Notes: generated by a model not told the origin, from the letters alone. A stretch of 64,000 nt of DNA from Mobula hypostoma (GCF_963921235.1 NC_086107.1:94304001-94368000), one strand, 5' to 3'; counted from the stretch's first letter, positions 1-13,815 are shown. A program made the numbers and translations.

Positions 1-151
1 TCCATAGACAGGCACCTTTTTAAAGACACCCCACCCATTAGTCGTGCCCTCTTCCTGAATCTGGAAAGTAACAACAAACAGGTCACAGCACAGAATGTCC
101 AGGAGCACGCAAGTACAAACAAAGCTGTCTATGCTGCGTGTTAGCCCAGCG

Positions 152-1976
152 TAGTGGACACCAACCTTTTTAAGCCCAAGATCCTCTACCTCGACCTTAG
201 TGAAAGGCAAGATCTACCTACTAAATTGTTTAGAGAAAAAACAGCTCAGATTACACTTCCAATCTGAGGCTTTTTATTTGGGCTAATTGTATTTGAATTA
301 CACAAAATACTTTTGTCAAACTTCCAAATTAATTCAAACAAGAAAACACTAACAAGCATATCAAACAGGCCATAGCTATCTTTCTTTAAGAATATTACAA
401 TACTTCACACTTTTAATTCTAAGTTTCATTATTTAATTTTATTTCAACACAAAAAATAAATGAATAAAACTTGACTGTTGCACTCAGTGTGATGACTGAC
501 GCTGAATACTTTCTGCTAGTTCCCTGAAATTTGGCTCATAACTACAGACAGCCAGTCTGAGACAGTCCGTGAGGTGTAAGACAGCTCCTGTGCTTAGATT
601 TAATAATTTCCATCTGTAAAAATGCAATTTCACATAGATAAGTTGACCCGAAGTAGGCACTGATTTTTAGTGCTATAAAACCAATGCGCACACCGCGCAT
701 TGCTGGGGCCCCATGAGTAGTAATTGCCACCAGTTTATGAATGGGGATGTCATTTTCACAGACATATTTTTTTAAACTCATTGTAAATATCTTCACCTCT
801 CGTTCTCTCCTTTAATTGCAAAAGAGTAAGGAAGTCCTCCTTTGTTGTAAAATCCTGGAAAGCCATTCTGATAATTACAAGAAGCTGAGCTGTTTGCATT
901 ACATCCAGGGATTCATCAAACTGTAGTGAAAAATATTCACAGAGTGACAAGTCAATCCACACCCTCTGACAGTGACTCTACCCTCCTTGTCACTGTTGCA
1001 GGGCCAAGCGGTATATTATGTATTGCGGTTATGAGACCGTTTTTGTTTTTAAAGTCATTAAAAAACATTCTCTGCGGTAATGGCCATTGCTTCCTTGAAT
1101 AAATCGCCATCTGTAAAAGGCTTCTTGTGTTTAGCCAAAAGGTGACTTACACAAAATGATGCTTCAACAGCAGCCTTATTTTGAGCAGCATGTTTTGTGA
1201 AAAACGATTGCTGGGCCTTCAACCCCGATTACAGCTCCTCAACTTTCCTGGCACGAATTGCACTCTTTGGGGGGTGGGTGTCTTTAAATTTCTGGTAGTT
1301 GGTGTTGTGGTGCCGCTCCAGATTCCCTCTTTTAGTCAGTGCTTGTCTTTCACCAAGGTAAATAGAAATTCCTCTTCCCATTCTGGATGGAATTTGTACG
1401 TTTTCGCCTTCTTTCATGAAGCCTCCGCTATGCTATCAGGATATCACGAGCAATTGTCGATTGCATCGCCTCTGATCTGAGCCGACATTTACAGGCCAGG
1501 TGACACCTAATTAATTAGCAGGTTTATTTCAGCTTTTTTCTTAAAGGTGTGCTGGGTGCGTTCCAACTACCGCTGCACCGCTACGTTCTTCGCAGCAATG
1601 TATCGGTCCACGGCTTGGAGGTTGGGGACCACTGCCATATATTGATGTTTGCAACAGTCTGTACTCTTATTTAATCTAATTGGTCACTTTGATGCAGCAC
1701 AGGCTACGCTGAAAACACAGTGCATGGCGGGGGAGCTACACACATGTGCACTGGGCAGAAAGAACGGAACTAAAACGCCACAACCCAGAAACAATCTCTC
1801 TTTACAAACAGCTTTCAGTAGCGAAAGTATTGCTATATTACCATTATCCTAATTAGTATTACTTATTTTTATAATGTTCATATTACAACAGTATTTGTAT
1901 ATTTATTTTTGATTTTTTTTCGGGATCTAATGGGAAAGTCTCAAAGATCGACCGGTCGACAGGTTGGCGACCACTA
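152..1976 (-). mobile_element. hAT (Charlie/SPIN-like) DNA transposon, internally deleted, with frameshifted transposase remnants
   Basis: TIRs TAGTGGACACCAACCT (152) and AGGTTGGCGACCACTA (1976); imperfect 8-bp TSD gcccagcg/gcctagca. Peptides KRGNLERHH, FSLQFDESLD, AITTHGAPAM and FGSTYLCE resemble GTF2IRD2-type hAT transposases. Confidence 0.88.
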
Positions 1977-2129
1977 GCCTAGCATGGGTACACCCAAAAA
2001 GCATATCATCAGCATTGCCAGACAATGATAATGAGAATTATGGGGCTACCTGGAGGTGGAGTGCGGGGGGGAGGGAATGAAATTACTTGTGGCAGACCTG
2101 CAGCACCCAGAGAAAACCCATGGTATATG

Positions 2130-2680
2130 CCCATCATTTCTATATATGACCTGAGCTCAGAAATAGGAGATGCAAGTTCTAAATTTGCAAATAACAAATT
2201 GCAAGAAGCTAAGAAAGACTGGAACAGCACACAGGAAGAGATTAACTGGCAAAATGTGTTGATAAACAGAAAATTTAATGCAGTAAAATGCAAGGGCTTC
2301 ACATGGACATTCAGGTCAATTATTTCTTGGAAGAAAGGAAACTCCTTGTGGTAAAATAGCAAAGGGGATAGAAATGTGCCAATGGTTAAAAAGTGTCCTT
2401 CAAAGAAGGCTAAAAATAATGAAAAAGTCTATGGATTTGCAGAATCTGCAGATTTTATTTTGTTTGTGAAAAAGTCTACAGTTTATTTCTAAAGAAGTGG
2501 AATACAAAAAAAGAAAAATCATTAATTTATACAGAACTTTTGATTGTTGTAGAGTGCTATTCAGGTGTCAGCGCCACAATAAAGTTATCACAGATCTGTT
2601 CAGAAGACAGCTAATAGATGGGGATGGTGCATTTACCAAGAAATACCAAGCACACTGAGCTGCACTCCTTATAAAAGAGA
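2130..2680 (+). mobile_element. Old degenerate CR1-type LINE RT fragment
   Basis: IYDLSSEIGDASSKFANNK resembles the CR1 IYINDL...SKFADDTK motif; boundaries approximate. Confidence 0.5.
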
Positions 2681-3129
2681 CAAAGTTCAAAGTAAATTTA
2701 TTATCAAAGTACATACATGTCACAATATGCTACCGAGATTTTCTTGCAGCCAGTCCCAGTAGAACAAAGAAATACAACAAAATCAAATGAAAAACTATAC
2801 CCAGAGACTGACAAATAGCCAATGAGCAAAAGGCGGCAAACTGTGTAAATAAATAAATAACCCTGAAAACATAAGGTGCGGAGTCCATGGAAGTAAGTCT
2901 GTCGTTTAGGGGGTCCATTCAGAGTTGAGGTGATTAAGTTTTCTGCAAAGAACATATTTGACAGAAACACTTAAAATTCTGGAGGGTTTGAGAGAGGATT
3001 CGAATAGAGTGAGCTTGGAGAAAGCGAGCCAGCTGAGGTCGATAGGCTCTTGATTAGTAAAGGGTCTCAGGGAGAATGGGATTGAGGGGGTTGATGATCG
3101 AGTGACAGAGCTAAATGAACGGTCTATGT

Positions 3130-3743
3130 GGCCCATCGGGTCTGCTCCACCATTCGATCATGTCTCATTTATTTTCCCTCTCAAACCAATTGTCTTGCCT
3201 TCTCCCCCGTACATTTGATGCCCTGACTAATCAAGAACCTACCAACCTCTGTTTTAAATATCCCCACTTGATGGTGACCCATGAAGCCTCTGCAATGGTT
3301 AGCCTACTGAACAAGAGAAGGTGGCTACATTCTCTCTTGTTGGAGATGATCGCTGCCTGGCACAAATGTTCCTTGCCACCTATCACTCACTACAGAACAT
3401 CCAAGCCTGATCTCCTGTTGCAGCCACTCCATCTATGTGGCCCGTCCCCATCGTCGATCACATCCGTATTGTCACATGGGTGATTTGATTACAAAAGTGG
3501 CAGCAAAGGCAAAATTTGAGTTCAATTCCCAGTGTACTAGAACATGTCTTATGCAACTCATAACTAGTCATCCGATGTGCCCTCTGTTCACACTCCCTTC
3601 CAGCACACCCACTGAGAAATAATTGTGCTCGGAGACAGAAAGCAGTCCTTAATTATTATTCGTGACACAGAAGATGAACAGCAGCAGGTTAAGTGGATTG
3701 ACACATGAAGTACAAATTATGACAGCTCCCTGTGGGCATTAAC
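3130..3743 (-). repeat. Unclassified composite repeat with CR1-like 3' tail, copy 1
   Basis: Colinear with 18215-18850 throughout; both end at gtgggcattaac on the + strand. Confidence 0.75.
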
Positions 3744-4454
3744 AAGGAGACAGGCTTTCATCAGTGTAAGAAAGCCAAACAAAAGGGATTTAAGATAAAG
3801 TTCCTTACGGAGAAGTGAGAAGCTGGACATTATGGCTGAAGAATAACGCATGGACAAAATTAAGGATAGATTTAATATAACCGAAGAGGACAGGATTTAA
3901 GGGACAGGGTGGGATGGCACCGACCAATCAGACCAAATGATCAATTTCTCTGCTGTAGCTTCTGCACGAGACATCCATAATTCAGATGAGAGCATCAATT
4001 CTGTACCCAGTTAGTGCCACTTTTCAGTTATGTCTGTAAACTCAACAGAAGTGGCTTGAGACTTCCAACTTTGCAATATAGTAACAGAGCAGACATGCTT
4101 ATTGGCTAGAATTAGCCTCTTACTTTCACAGAGAATTAATGCTTCCAACATGCCCCCCTTCATTTCATCTGTCGCAAAAGAATCTCGGGTGAAAACCTCG
4201 GGAAAAAGAAGCCCAACGCCAGCCACCCGGAAGCACAAAGCTGTGGTGATCAGCTCGAGTCCGCCTCTCGCCCTCACCTCCAGTCTGCACCTCTCCGTCG
4301 CAAGTGTGACTAAGAAGGGGAAGTCAGAAGCTGCGGGCAAATAGCCACATCACATAGTACAACAGAAAAAAAAACATGCTGCAATATCGTGCCTTTCTCC
4401 TCAGCAAGGATGCATCTCACTATACGGTACTCCTGTTCATTTTGGGGTGGGGAG

Positions 4455-4700
4455 GGGTTAGCATGGTAGCATCGCGGCTAGTGAAACACTATTACAGTAT
4501 CAGTCACCCCGTGAGGTCAATTCCTGCTACTGCCTGAAAGGAGTTTGTACATTATCCCCACGACTGCACGGGTTTTTCTCCTACAGTCCAAACAGTAGCA
4601 GTTAGTGGGTTAAGTTGATACACTGGGTGTAACTGGGCGGTGTGGGCTTGTTGGGCTGGTAGGGCATGTGACGGCGCTGTATCTCTAAATAAAAATAAAA
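4455..4700 (+). mobile_element. tRNA-derived SINE (V-SINE/HE1-like)
   Basis: A-box-like tggtagcatcgcggctag, B-box-like ggtcaattcc, ggagtttgtac core and A-rich tail. Related copies on - at about 19090-19390, 24590-24805 and 29900-30135. Confidence 0.65.
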
Positions 4701-5496
4701 ACACCTGTTAATGCCAAAACTAGCTAAACTTGCTACACAAATCCTGTAGCACCTATGAGTGTGCTGGTGCCCAGGCCCCTGTAGTCATATGTGCTTGCAG
4801 CCAGCTGACTCAAGTCCCTTTATTTTGCAATCAGTATGTGAGGGACATGGCTGAATCAGAAGTCTAAGGGTGGATCATGAACTATTCTCAGAAAGATCAG
4901 ATGTCACAGCTTTAGCAGCCACAAGCTATTGCCACAACTGTCCCTGCCTGAAATCCACTCTTGCCATTAGCAAATGCTGCTCTGCCACCAAAGAGTCACA
5001 CAGCATGGAAACAGGCCCTTTGGCCCATCCAGCCTATGCCGGTCAAAATGCTCAACTGCTTTATCCCCAGTGGGTACGGCACAGCCCTCCCCGCCGATGG
5101 CCACATCTAAACCGAGTGTTGTCGCAGGAAAGCAGCATCCATCATCAGGGACTCCCACCACCCAGGTCATGCTCTCTTCTCACTGCTGCCATCAGGAAGA
5201 TACAGGAACTTCAGGACTCACACCACTAAGGAACAGTTACTATCCCTCAACTTCATCACTGAACTATTCCAATAACCTAATGACTCACTTTCAAGGATGC
5301 TTCATCTCATGTTCTCGATATTTATTTATTGCTTATTTATTATTATTTTTTTCTTTCTTATTGTATTTGCACAGTTTGTCTTTTACACACTTGTCCACCT
5401 TGTTGGTGTGGTCTTTCATTGATTCTACTATGGTTATTGGATTTAATGAATATGCCCACAAGAAATGGATCCCATGGTTGTACATGGTGACATATA

Positions 5497-6038
5497 CAGT
5501 ACTATGCAAAAGTCTTAGGCACGAATATACAGCTAGGGAGTCCAAAACTTTTGCATAGCACCGTAGTAATTTTAGGTCTGCACCGCTGCCACAAAAATAA
5601 AACAAATTTCATGGCATATGTGAGTGATGATAAATCTGATTCCGATATGGGTCACTATTGTGGACTAAGAGTGAAAAGGGGGGCAGCGAGTGAAGAATCA
5701 TGGTCGGGAAAAGAGGAAGGGAGAGGGGAGGGAGTAGGAAGCACCACAGAGAAATTCTGTAATGATCAGTAAACCAATTGTTTGGAATCAAATGACTTTG
5801 CCTGCTGTCTCAGGGCTGGGTGTGCCTGCACCCACACCAACATCCCCCCACCCCGCACTCCTTCTCTGCCACCTTTGCCACACTCCTCCCGCGGCGTTCC
5901 ACTCTCACCACTGCCAACATCCTTTGCTCCTGCCAGGTTTACAAGCTCACTCTCCGCTCCACACTGACAAATACAGTACTGTGCAAATGTCTAAGGCATC
6001 ATAGCTTTATATATGTGTCTAAAACTTTGCAAGTATTG
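5497..6038. mobile_element. Composite Tc1-like MITE bounded by two ~65-bp palindromic units (5497-5563, 5974-6038)
   Basis: CAGTACTRTGCAAA termini with TA on both outer sides; it splits a retroelement tail (ggtgacata|TA|catgtactttgat). Confidence 0.7.
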
Positions 6039-7929
6039 TACATGTACTTTGATAAATTTACTTCTAACTTTGATTTGCCTGTGTCCCTTTATCCCTCTAA
6101 ACTTTTCCTAACCTTGTACAAGTGTCTTTAAAAGGTTGTTAATGTACTTACCTCAACCACTTCCTTCGGCAGCTCATTCCATACAGAGAGCAGCCTCTGG
6201 TGAAAAAGTTGCTACTCAAGTTCCTATTACATCTCTCCCCTCTCACCTTAATCATATGCCTTCCATTTCTTGATTCCCCAAGCCTGGGAAAAAGACTGTG
6301 CACATTCACCCTAACAATGCTACTTAGCTGGTTGAGTGGCAGGGTAGTATAGCAATTGGCAGAAAGCATTATATGTCCCACACCACGAGGTTCAGAATAT
6401 TATTCGCTTACAACCATAAGGTTCCTAAACCAGTGTGGATAACTTCACTCACAACTCTGAACTGATTCTGCAACTGGCAGACTCACTTTCAAGGACTCTA
6501 CAACTCATGTTCTCAGCATAATTTTTCTTTTGCCTTCCTTTGCACATTGGTTGAATGTGGGTGTTTATGTATAGTTTTTCATAAATTGTTGTATTCTTTA
6601 CTTTCCTGTAAAAGACTGCAAGAAAATGATTTGCAAAGTAGCATATGATGACATATACGTGCTTTGATAATAAATTTACTTTGACTTTTTGGGCATATAA
6701 ATACATTACAGACAGCGGTAGGAATTGACCTCCAATCACCAGTTGCTGGCCCTGTAAAGCAATTGTGGTACTAACACCCAAGGATAAAGTAAGGCTATTC
6801 CACTGCGTTGAACCTACAGGGCAACATATAAAGACACTTACAAAAAAGTTGCATAGCACTCTAGATTAACCATGGAGATGTGTGCAGATTCTCCAATGAC
6901 TGCATTACTTACTCAATGATACCTGCTAAAGGAGGAAAATAGACAAAACGCCAAAAATGCTAGTGAGGGTAGGAATACAATGAAAAGGCCAAACAAGGCA
7001 AGTAAGGCCAGAAAGCTGGTACAGGCAGGAGGGCTTCAGCTACTTGAACTACTGGGGTCTCTTCCGGGGAAGAAGCAAACAATAGACAGAGGGAGAGCTG
7101 CATCTGGACAGGAGGGGACCAACATCCTTGTGAGAAGTTCAAATTCATGTTTAATTGTTGTTCAACCATAGAGCCAAATGAAACAGCATTCCTCTGGGGC
7201 CAAGGTGCAAAGCACATTACCAACAGCACACAGCACAGAAGGCACATGTAGTTCCAATTTAAGAAAAACATGCAGTCACGAAAACATAAAGCCCAAGACC
7301 CTGAGTGGCATGCATGGTTGTAGATTGTCCTGGTCCAGCTTGTTCTTCTACTAGGCAAACACTAGAATGCAGTACTGAGCAAACACCGGAGGGCAGCTCT
7401 GAGCGAATATCGGAGGACAGCACCAACTGGAGCAACCAGCACCCAATCCACCACGCCCAGCAGAGACCCCTGCTCTCTGGGTGGCTGCAACAGGCTGCTG
7501 TGTCTAAGGCAACCCCGCGGCCGAGAACTCGCCCTTGCCACAATCAAAGTAACGCAGCTCTCCAGCCGTTGGTCTTACCAATAACCAGACTTGCAGTATT
7601 CCACGTTACCAGTGTCCAACAGTCTTGCAATCCCAGTAAAAACATCCAAGATAATCATTCGCTCCATTTGTTGGAGTGTGCACTGTCTTAGCACAACAGT
7701 ACAGGCAACAACACAACAACCATACACAATAAGTTCAACTCCATCTCTATTGAGCAACTCGCTGATGGGATAGTCCTGCAGTGCTTGATGTTCTTGGTAT
7801 CCAGCAGTGACTTGGTGGATACGAATAAAGACTTACAAGATGAACAAATGCACCATTGATTAAATCCTCAGTAGCCACTGCGTCTGAGCACGCCACAGTC
7901 CTACCAGAAAGCCTGTGCTTTCAATAAGC

Positions 7930-8370
7930 TTGAAAGAATGCAGAGAAAGGTTACAAGAATGTTGCCAGGATTTGAGGGCCTGAGTTAGAGGGAAATGTTG
8001 AATAGGTTAGGACTGTATTCCCTGGAGCATAGGAGAATGAGGGGAGATTTGATAGAGGAATACAAAGTTATAAAGGGTAAACGCAAATAGGCTTTTTCCA
8101 CTCAGGTTGGACAAGATTAGAACTAAAGGTCATAGGGTAAAGGTGAAAGGTGAAATGTTTAAAGGGAACCTGGGGGTAAATTCTGCACTCAGAGGGTTGC
8201 GCTAGTGTGGAATGAACTGCCAAAGGAAGTGGTGGGCGCAGGTTCAATAGTAACATTGAAGGTAAGTTTAGAAAGGTACATGGATGGGAAGGGTATGGAG
8301 GGCAATGGCTCTGGTGCAGGTCGATGGGACTAGGTTTGTCACAGACTAGGGCTTGTTTCTGTTTCTATAA
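7930..8370 (+). mobile_element. CR1 LINE 3' fragment
   Basis: Encodes degenerate ERMQRKVTRMLPG...LNRLGLYSLE..RMRGDLIE, followed by a CR1 3' UTR. Confidence 0.75.
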
Positions 8371-8548
8371 CTCTAAGCCAGGTGAATGCAAGCCAAAGAG
8401 CTGGTGCATGCAGGAAGGGCTCAGCTGCTTAGACCATTGGGAGGGAAAAGCAATTTGTAGAAGAGGGACAGGCTGCATTTTGACAGGATCCTTGTGCGAA
8501 GATTTGCTCATGCTATTCAGGATTTAAACTAGACTGGCAAAAGGTGTG

Positions 8549-8750
8549 AGCAACACACAAAATTCTGGAGGAACTCAGCAGGCCAGGCAGCATCTATGGA
8601 AGAGAGTACAGTCAACTTTTCAGGCTGGGGAACTTCAGCAGGTCTGGAGTAAAACAGATGAGGAGTCAGAGTTAGAAGGTGGGGGGAGGGGAGGAAGAAA
8701 CAGGTGAGAGGTGAAATGTCTCCTCCCCTCCTCCCAGTTTCACTTATCAC
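8549..8750 (-). mobile_element. Left arm of a Penelope-derived inverted-repeat element
   Basis: Reverse complement of about 13835-13990, sharing diagnostic variants (aagagagtacagtcaac, cttcagcagg). Confidence 0.75.
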
Positions 8751-8756
8751 ATTGTG

Positions 8757-9197
8757 TTACATAAGAACATAAGAAATAGGAGGAGTAGGCCATCCGGCCC
8801 ACCAAGTCTGCCCCGCCATTTAATAAGATCATGGCTGATCTGTCCGTAAACTCAGCTCTATCTACCTGCCTTTTCCCCATAACCTATAATTCCCTTACTA
8901 TGTAAAAATCTATCTATCTTAAATATATTTAGTGAGGAAGCCTCAACTGTTTCCCTGAGCAGAGAATTCCACAGATTCACCACTCTCTGGGAAAAACAGT
9001 TTCTCCTCATCTCCATCCTAAATCTTCTCCCTTGAATGCAATGTCCCCTAGCTCTAGTCTCACCTACCAATGGAAACAACTTTCCTACTTCTATCTTATC
9101 TATCCCTTTCAAAATTTGGTATGTTTCTATAAGATCCCCTCTCATTCTTCTGAACTCCAGAGACTACAGTCCCAGGTGGCTCAATCTCTCCTCATAG
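8757..9197 (-). mobile_element. Outer CR1 LINE, 3' part
   Basis: MRGDLIETY...FSQRVVNLWNSL C-terminus and acataaga-type tail; continues from the segment at 12198. Confidence 0.88.
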
Positions 9198-12197
9198 AAA
9201 CATAGAAAATAGGTGCAGGAGTAGGCCATTCGGCCCTTCGAGCCTGCACCGCCATTTATTATGATCATGGCTGATCATCCAACTCAGAACCCCGCCGCAG
9301 CCTTCCCTCCATACCCCCTGACCCCCATTAGTACAAGGGCCATATCTAACTCCTTCTTAAATATAGCCAACAAACTGGCCTCAACTGTTTCCTGTGGCAG
9401 AGAATTCCACAGATTCACCACTCTCTGTGTGAAGAAGTTTTTCCTAATCTCGGTCCTAAAAGGCTTCCCCTCTATCCTCAAACTGTGGCCCCTCGTTCTG
9501 GACTTCCCCAACATCGGGAACAATCTTCCTGCATCTAGCCTGTCCAATCCCTTTAGGATTTTACAATCAGATCCCCCCTCAATCTTCTAAATTCCAACGA
9601 GTACAAGCCCAGTTCATCCAGTCTTTCTTCATATGAAAGTCCTGCCATCCCAGGAATCAATCTGGTGAACCTTCTTTGTACTCCCTCTATGGCAAAGATG
9701 TCTTTCCTCAGATTAGGGGACCAAAACTGCACACAATACTCCAGGTGTGGTCTCACCAAGGCCTTGCACAACTGCAGTAGTACATCTCTGCTCCTGTACT
9801 CGAATCCTCTCGCTATAAATGCCAGCATACCATTCGCCTTTTTCACCGCCTGCTGTACCTGCATGCCCACTTTCAATGACTGGTGTATAATGACACCCAG
9901 GTCTCGTTGCACCTTCCCTTTTCCTAATCGGCCACCATTCAGATAATAATCTGTTTTCCTATTTCTGCCACCAAAGTGGATAACTTCACATTTATCCACA
10001 TTAAATTGCATCTGCCATGAATTTGCCCACTCACCCAACCTATCCAAGTCACCCTGCATCCTCTTAGCATCCTCCTCACAGCTAACACTGCCACCCAGCT
10101 TCGTGTCATCCGCAAACTTGGAGATGCTGCATTTAATTCCCTCATCCAAGTCATTAATATATATTGTAAACAACTGGGGTCCCAGCACTAAGCCGTGCGG
10201 TACCCCACTAGTCACCGCCTGCCATTCTGAAAAGGTCCCGTTTATTCCCACTCTTTGCTTCCTGTCTGCTAACCAATTCTCCACCCACACCAATACCTTA
10301 CCCCCAATACCGTGTGCTTTAAGTTTGCACACTAATCTCCTGTGTGGGACCTTGTCAAAAGCCTTTTGAAAATCCAAATATACCACATCCACTGGTTCTC
10401 CCCTATCCACTCTACCAGTTACATCCTCAAAAAATTCTATGAGATTCGTCAGACATGATTTTCCTTTCACAAATCCATTCTGACTTTGTCCAATGATTTC
10501 ACCGCTTCCCAAATGTGCTGTTATCACATCCTTGATAACTGACTCCAGCAGTTTCCCCACCACCGACGTTAGGCTAACCGGTCTATAATTCCCCCATTTC
10601 TCTCTCCCTCCTTTTTTAAAAAGTGGAGTTACATTAGCCACCCTCCAATCCTCAGGAACTAGTCCAGAATCTAACGAGTTTTGTAAAATTATCACTAATG
10701 CATCCACTATTTCTTGGGCTACTTCCTTAAGCACTCTAGGATGCAGACCATCTGGCCCTGGGGATTTATCTGCCTTCAATCCCTTCAATTTACCTAACAC
10801 CACTTCCCTACTAACATGTATTTCACTCAGTTCCTCCATCTCACTGGACCCTCTGTCCCTTACTATTTCTGGAAGATTATTTATGTCCTCCTTAGTGAAG
10901 ACAGAACCAAAGTAATTATTCAATTGGTCTGCCATGTCCTTGCTCCCCATAATCAATTCACCTGTTTCTGTCTGTAGGGGACCTACATTTGTCTTTACCA
11001 GTCTTTTCCTTTTTACATATCTATAAAAGCTTTTACAGTCCGTTTTTATGTTCCCTGCCAGTTTTCTCTCATAATCTTTTTTCCCCTTCTTAATTAAGCC
11101 CTTTGTCCTCCTCTGCTGAACTCTGAATTTCCTTGATTTATTCTTTTGCCAAACTGGGATGAACAATTGTTGTAGTTCATCCATGCAACCTTTAAATGCT
11201 TGCCATTGCATATCCACCGTCAATCCTTTAAGTGTCATTTGCCAGTCTATCTTAGCTAATTCACGTCTCATACCTTCAAAGTTACCCCTCTTTAAGTTCA
11301 GAATTAACTTAAGTTTCTGAATTAACTATGTCACTCTCCATCTTAATGAAGAATTCCACCATATTATGGTCACTCTTACCCAAGGGGCCTCTCACGACAA
11401 GATTGCTAATTAACCCTTCCTCATTGCTCAAAACCCAGTCCAGAATAGCCTGCTCTCCAGTTGGTTCCTCGACATGTTGGTTCAAAAAACCATCCCGCAT
11501 ACATTCCAAGAAATCCTCTTCCTCAGCACCTTTACCAATTTGGTTCACCCAATCTACATGTAGATTGAAGTCACCCATTATAACTGCTGTTCCTTTATTG
11601 CACACATTTCTAATTTCCTGTTTAATACCATCTCCGACCTCACTACTACTGTTAGGTGGCCTGTACACAACTCCCACCAGCGTCTTCTGCCCCTTAGTGT
11701 TACGCAGCTCTACGCATATCGATTCCACATCTTCCCGGCTTATGTCCTTCCTTTCTATTGCGTTAATCTCTTCTTTAACCAGCAACGCCACCCCACCTCC
11801 CCTTCCTTCATGTCTATCCCTCCTGAATATTGAATGTCCCTGAACATTGAGCTCTTATCCCTGGTCACCCTGGAGCCATGTCTCTGTGATCCCAGCTATA
11901 TCATAATCATCAATAACAATCTGCACTTTCAATTCATCCACCTTATTACGAATGCTCCTTGCATTGACACACAAAGCCTTCAGGCGCTCTTTTACAACTC
12001 TCTTAGCCCTTATACAATTATGTTGAAAAGTGGCCCTTTTTAATGCTTGCCCTGGATTTGTCGGCCTGCCACTTTTACTTTTCTCCCTAGTACTTTTTGC
12101 TTCTACCCTCACTTTACACCCCTCTGTCTCTCTGCACTGGTTCCCATCCCCCTGTTGTGAACTAACCTCCTCACGCCTAGCCTCTTTAATTTGATTA
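9198..12197 (-). mobile_element. Young 5'-truncated CR1 LINE (APE endonuclease + reverse transcriptase) nested in an older CR1
   Basis: 572-aa ORF 9553-11271 with KSPGPDG, YRPVSLTS, YLDFQKAFDKVPH and KFADDTK. Endonuclease motifs NARSIRNK, GITETW, MGDFN and SDHN in 11309-12000. TCATAG duplicated at 9192-9197 and 12198-12203. Small indels break the ORF. Confidence 0.95.
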
Positions 12198-13815
12198 TCA
12201 TAGGTTACCCCCTCATCCCTGGAATCAACCTGGTGAACCACCTCTTCACTGCCTCCAAAGCCAGTATATCCTTCCTCAAGTATGGAGACCAGAACTCCAC
12301 ACAGTACTCCAGGTGCAGCCTCATCAGTACCCTGCATAATTGCAGCATAACCTCCCTGCTCTTGAATTCAATCCCTCTAGCAATGAAGGCCAACATTCCA
12401 TCTGCCTTCTTAATAACCTGTTGTACCTGCAAGCCAACTTTTTGTAATTCATGAACAAGCACTCCCAAGTCCCTCTGTACAACAGCATGCTGCAATCTTT
12501 CACTATTTAAATAATAATCTGCTCTTCTATTATTCCTTCTAAAGTGGATGATCTTGCATTTACCAACGATGCATTCCATCTGCCAGACCTTGGCCCACTC
12601 ACTTAGCCTATCTATATCCCTCTGCAGACTCTCCACATCCTCTGTACAATTTGCTTTTCCACTCAGTTTAGTGTCATCAGCAAATTTTGCTACAGTACAC
12701 TCAGTCCCCTCTTCCAAATCACAACAGCTGCGAGCCCAGCGCTGACCCATGCGACACCCCACTCACCACTGACTGCCGACTGGAAAAACACCCATTTATA
12801 CCAACTCTCTGCCTTCTATTGGTTAACCAATCCACTGTCCATGCCAATACACTTCCTCCGACTCCATGCATCCGTATCTTATTTACAAGTCTCTTGTGCG
12901 GCACTTTATCAAACGCCTTCTGGAAATCCAAGTATACAACATCCACCTGTTTCCCTCTATCCACTGCACTCATTATGTCTCAAAGAACTCCAGTAAGTTT
13001 GTCAAACAGGACCTGCCCTTTCTGAATCCATGCTGCATCTGTCTAATGGAACCACTCCTTTCTAAATGTTTCGCTATTTCTTCCTTAATGACAGCTTCAA
13101 GCATTTTCCCGACTACAGATTTTAAGCTAACTGGCCTATAGTTGCTCGTCTTTTGCCTACATCCTTTTTAAAAAATTGGCGTGACATTTGCTGTCTTCCA
13201 ATCCGCCGGGACCTGCCTAGAGTCTGGAGAGTTTTGGTAAGTGATTACCAACTCGTCTACTGTAACCCCCGCTGATTCCTTCAGTGTCCTGGGATGCATC
13301 CCATCAGGACCAGGGGACTTATCCACCTTCAGGCCCTCTAGTTTGCTCATCACTATCTCTTTAGTGACAGTGATTTTATTGAGGCCCTCACCTTCCATTT
13401 CATCCCTCTTTGGCACATTAGATGTGTCTTCCACGGTGAAGACCGACACAAAATAGTCAACCAATGCCTCAGCCATTACCTTATCACCCAATATCAATTT
13501 CCCCTTCTCGTCTTCCAAGGGACCTACATTGACTTTAGCCACCCTCTTTTGCTTTATATATTTATAAAAACTTTTGCTATCTGTTCTTATATTTTGTGCT
13601 TTCATAATCTATCTTCCCTTTCCTTATTTCTTGTTTAGTTGTTATGTTGTTTTCTAAAGTTTTCCCAATCCTCCAGTCTCCCACTACTCTTTGTGACTTT
13701 GTACACGAGCTTTTAATTTGATATTATCTTTTATTTCCTTAGTTATCCAAGGCTGGCTCTCCCCACACTAACTGTCCTTACTTTTGACTGGAATATACTT
13801 TTGTTGAGCATTGTG
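12198..13815 (-). mobile_element. Outer CR1 LINE, RT region (frameshifted)
   Basis: ORF pieces with KSPGPDGMHPR, YLDFQKAFDKVPH, KFADDTK and RFTRLIPGMRG-like sequence. Confidence 0.92.

Noticed and set aside
9553..11271. 572-aa reverse transcriptase ORF as a host gene or a retron/DGR-type system
   Set aside because: Motifs, upstream endonuclease and 3' tail identify it as ordinary CR1 ORF2 with indels; the context is eukaryotic.
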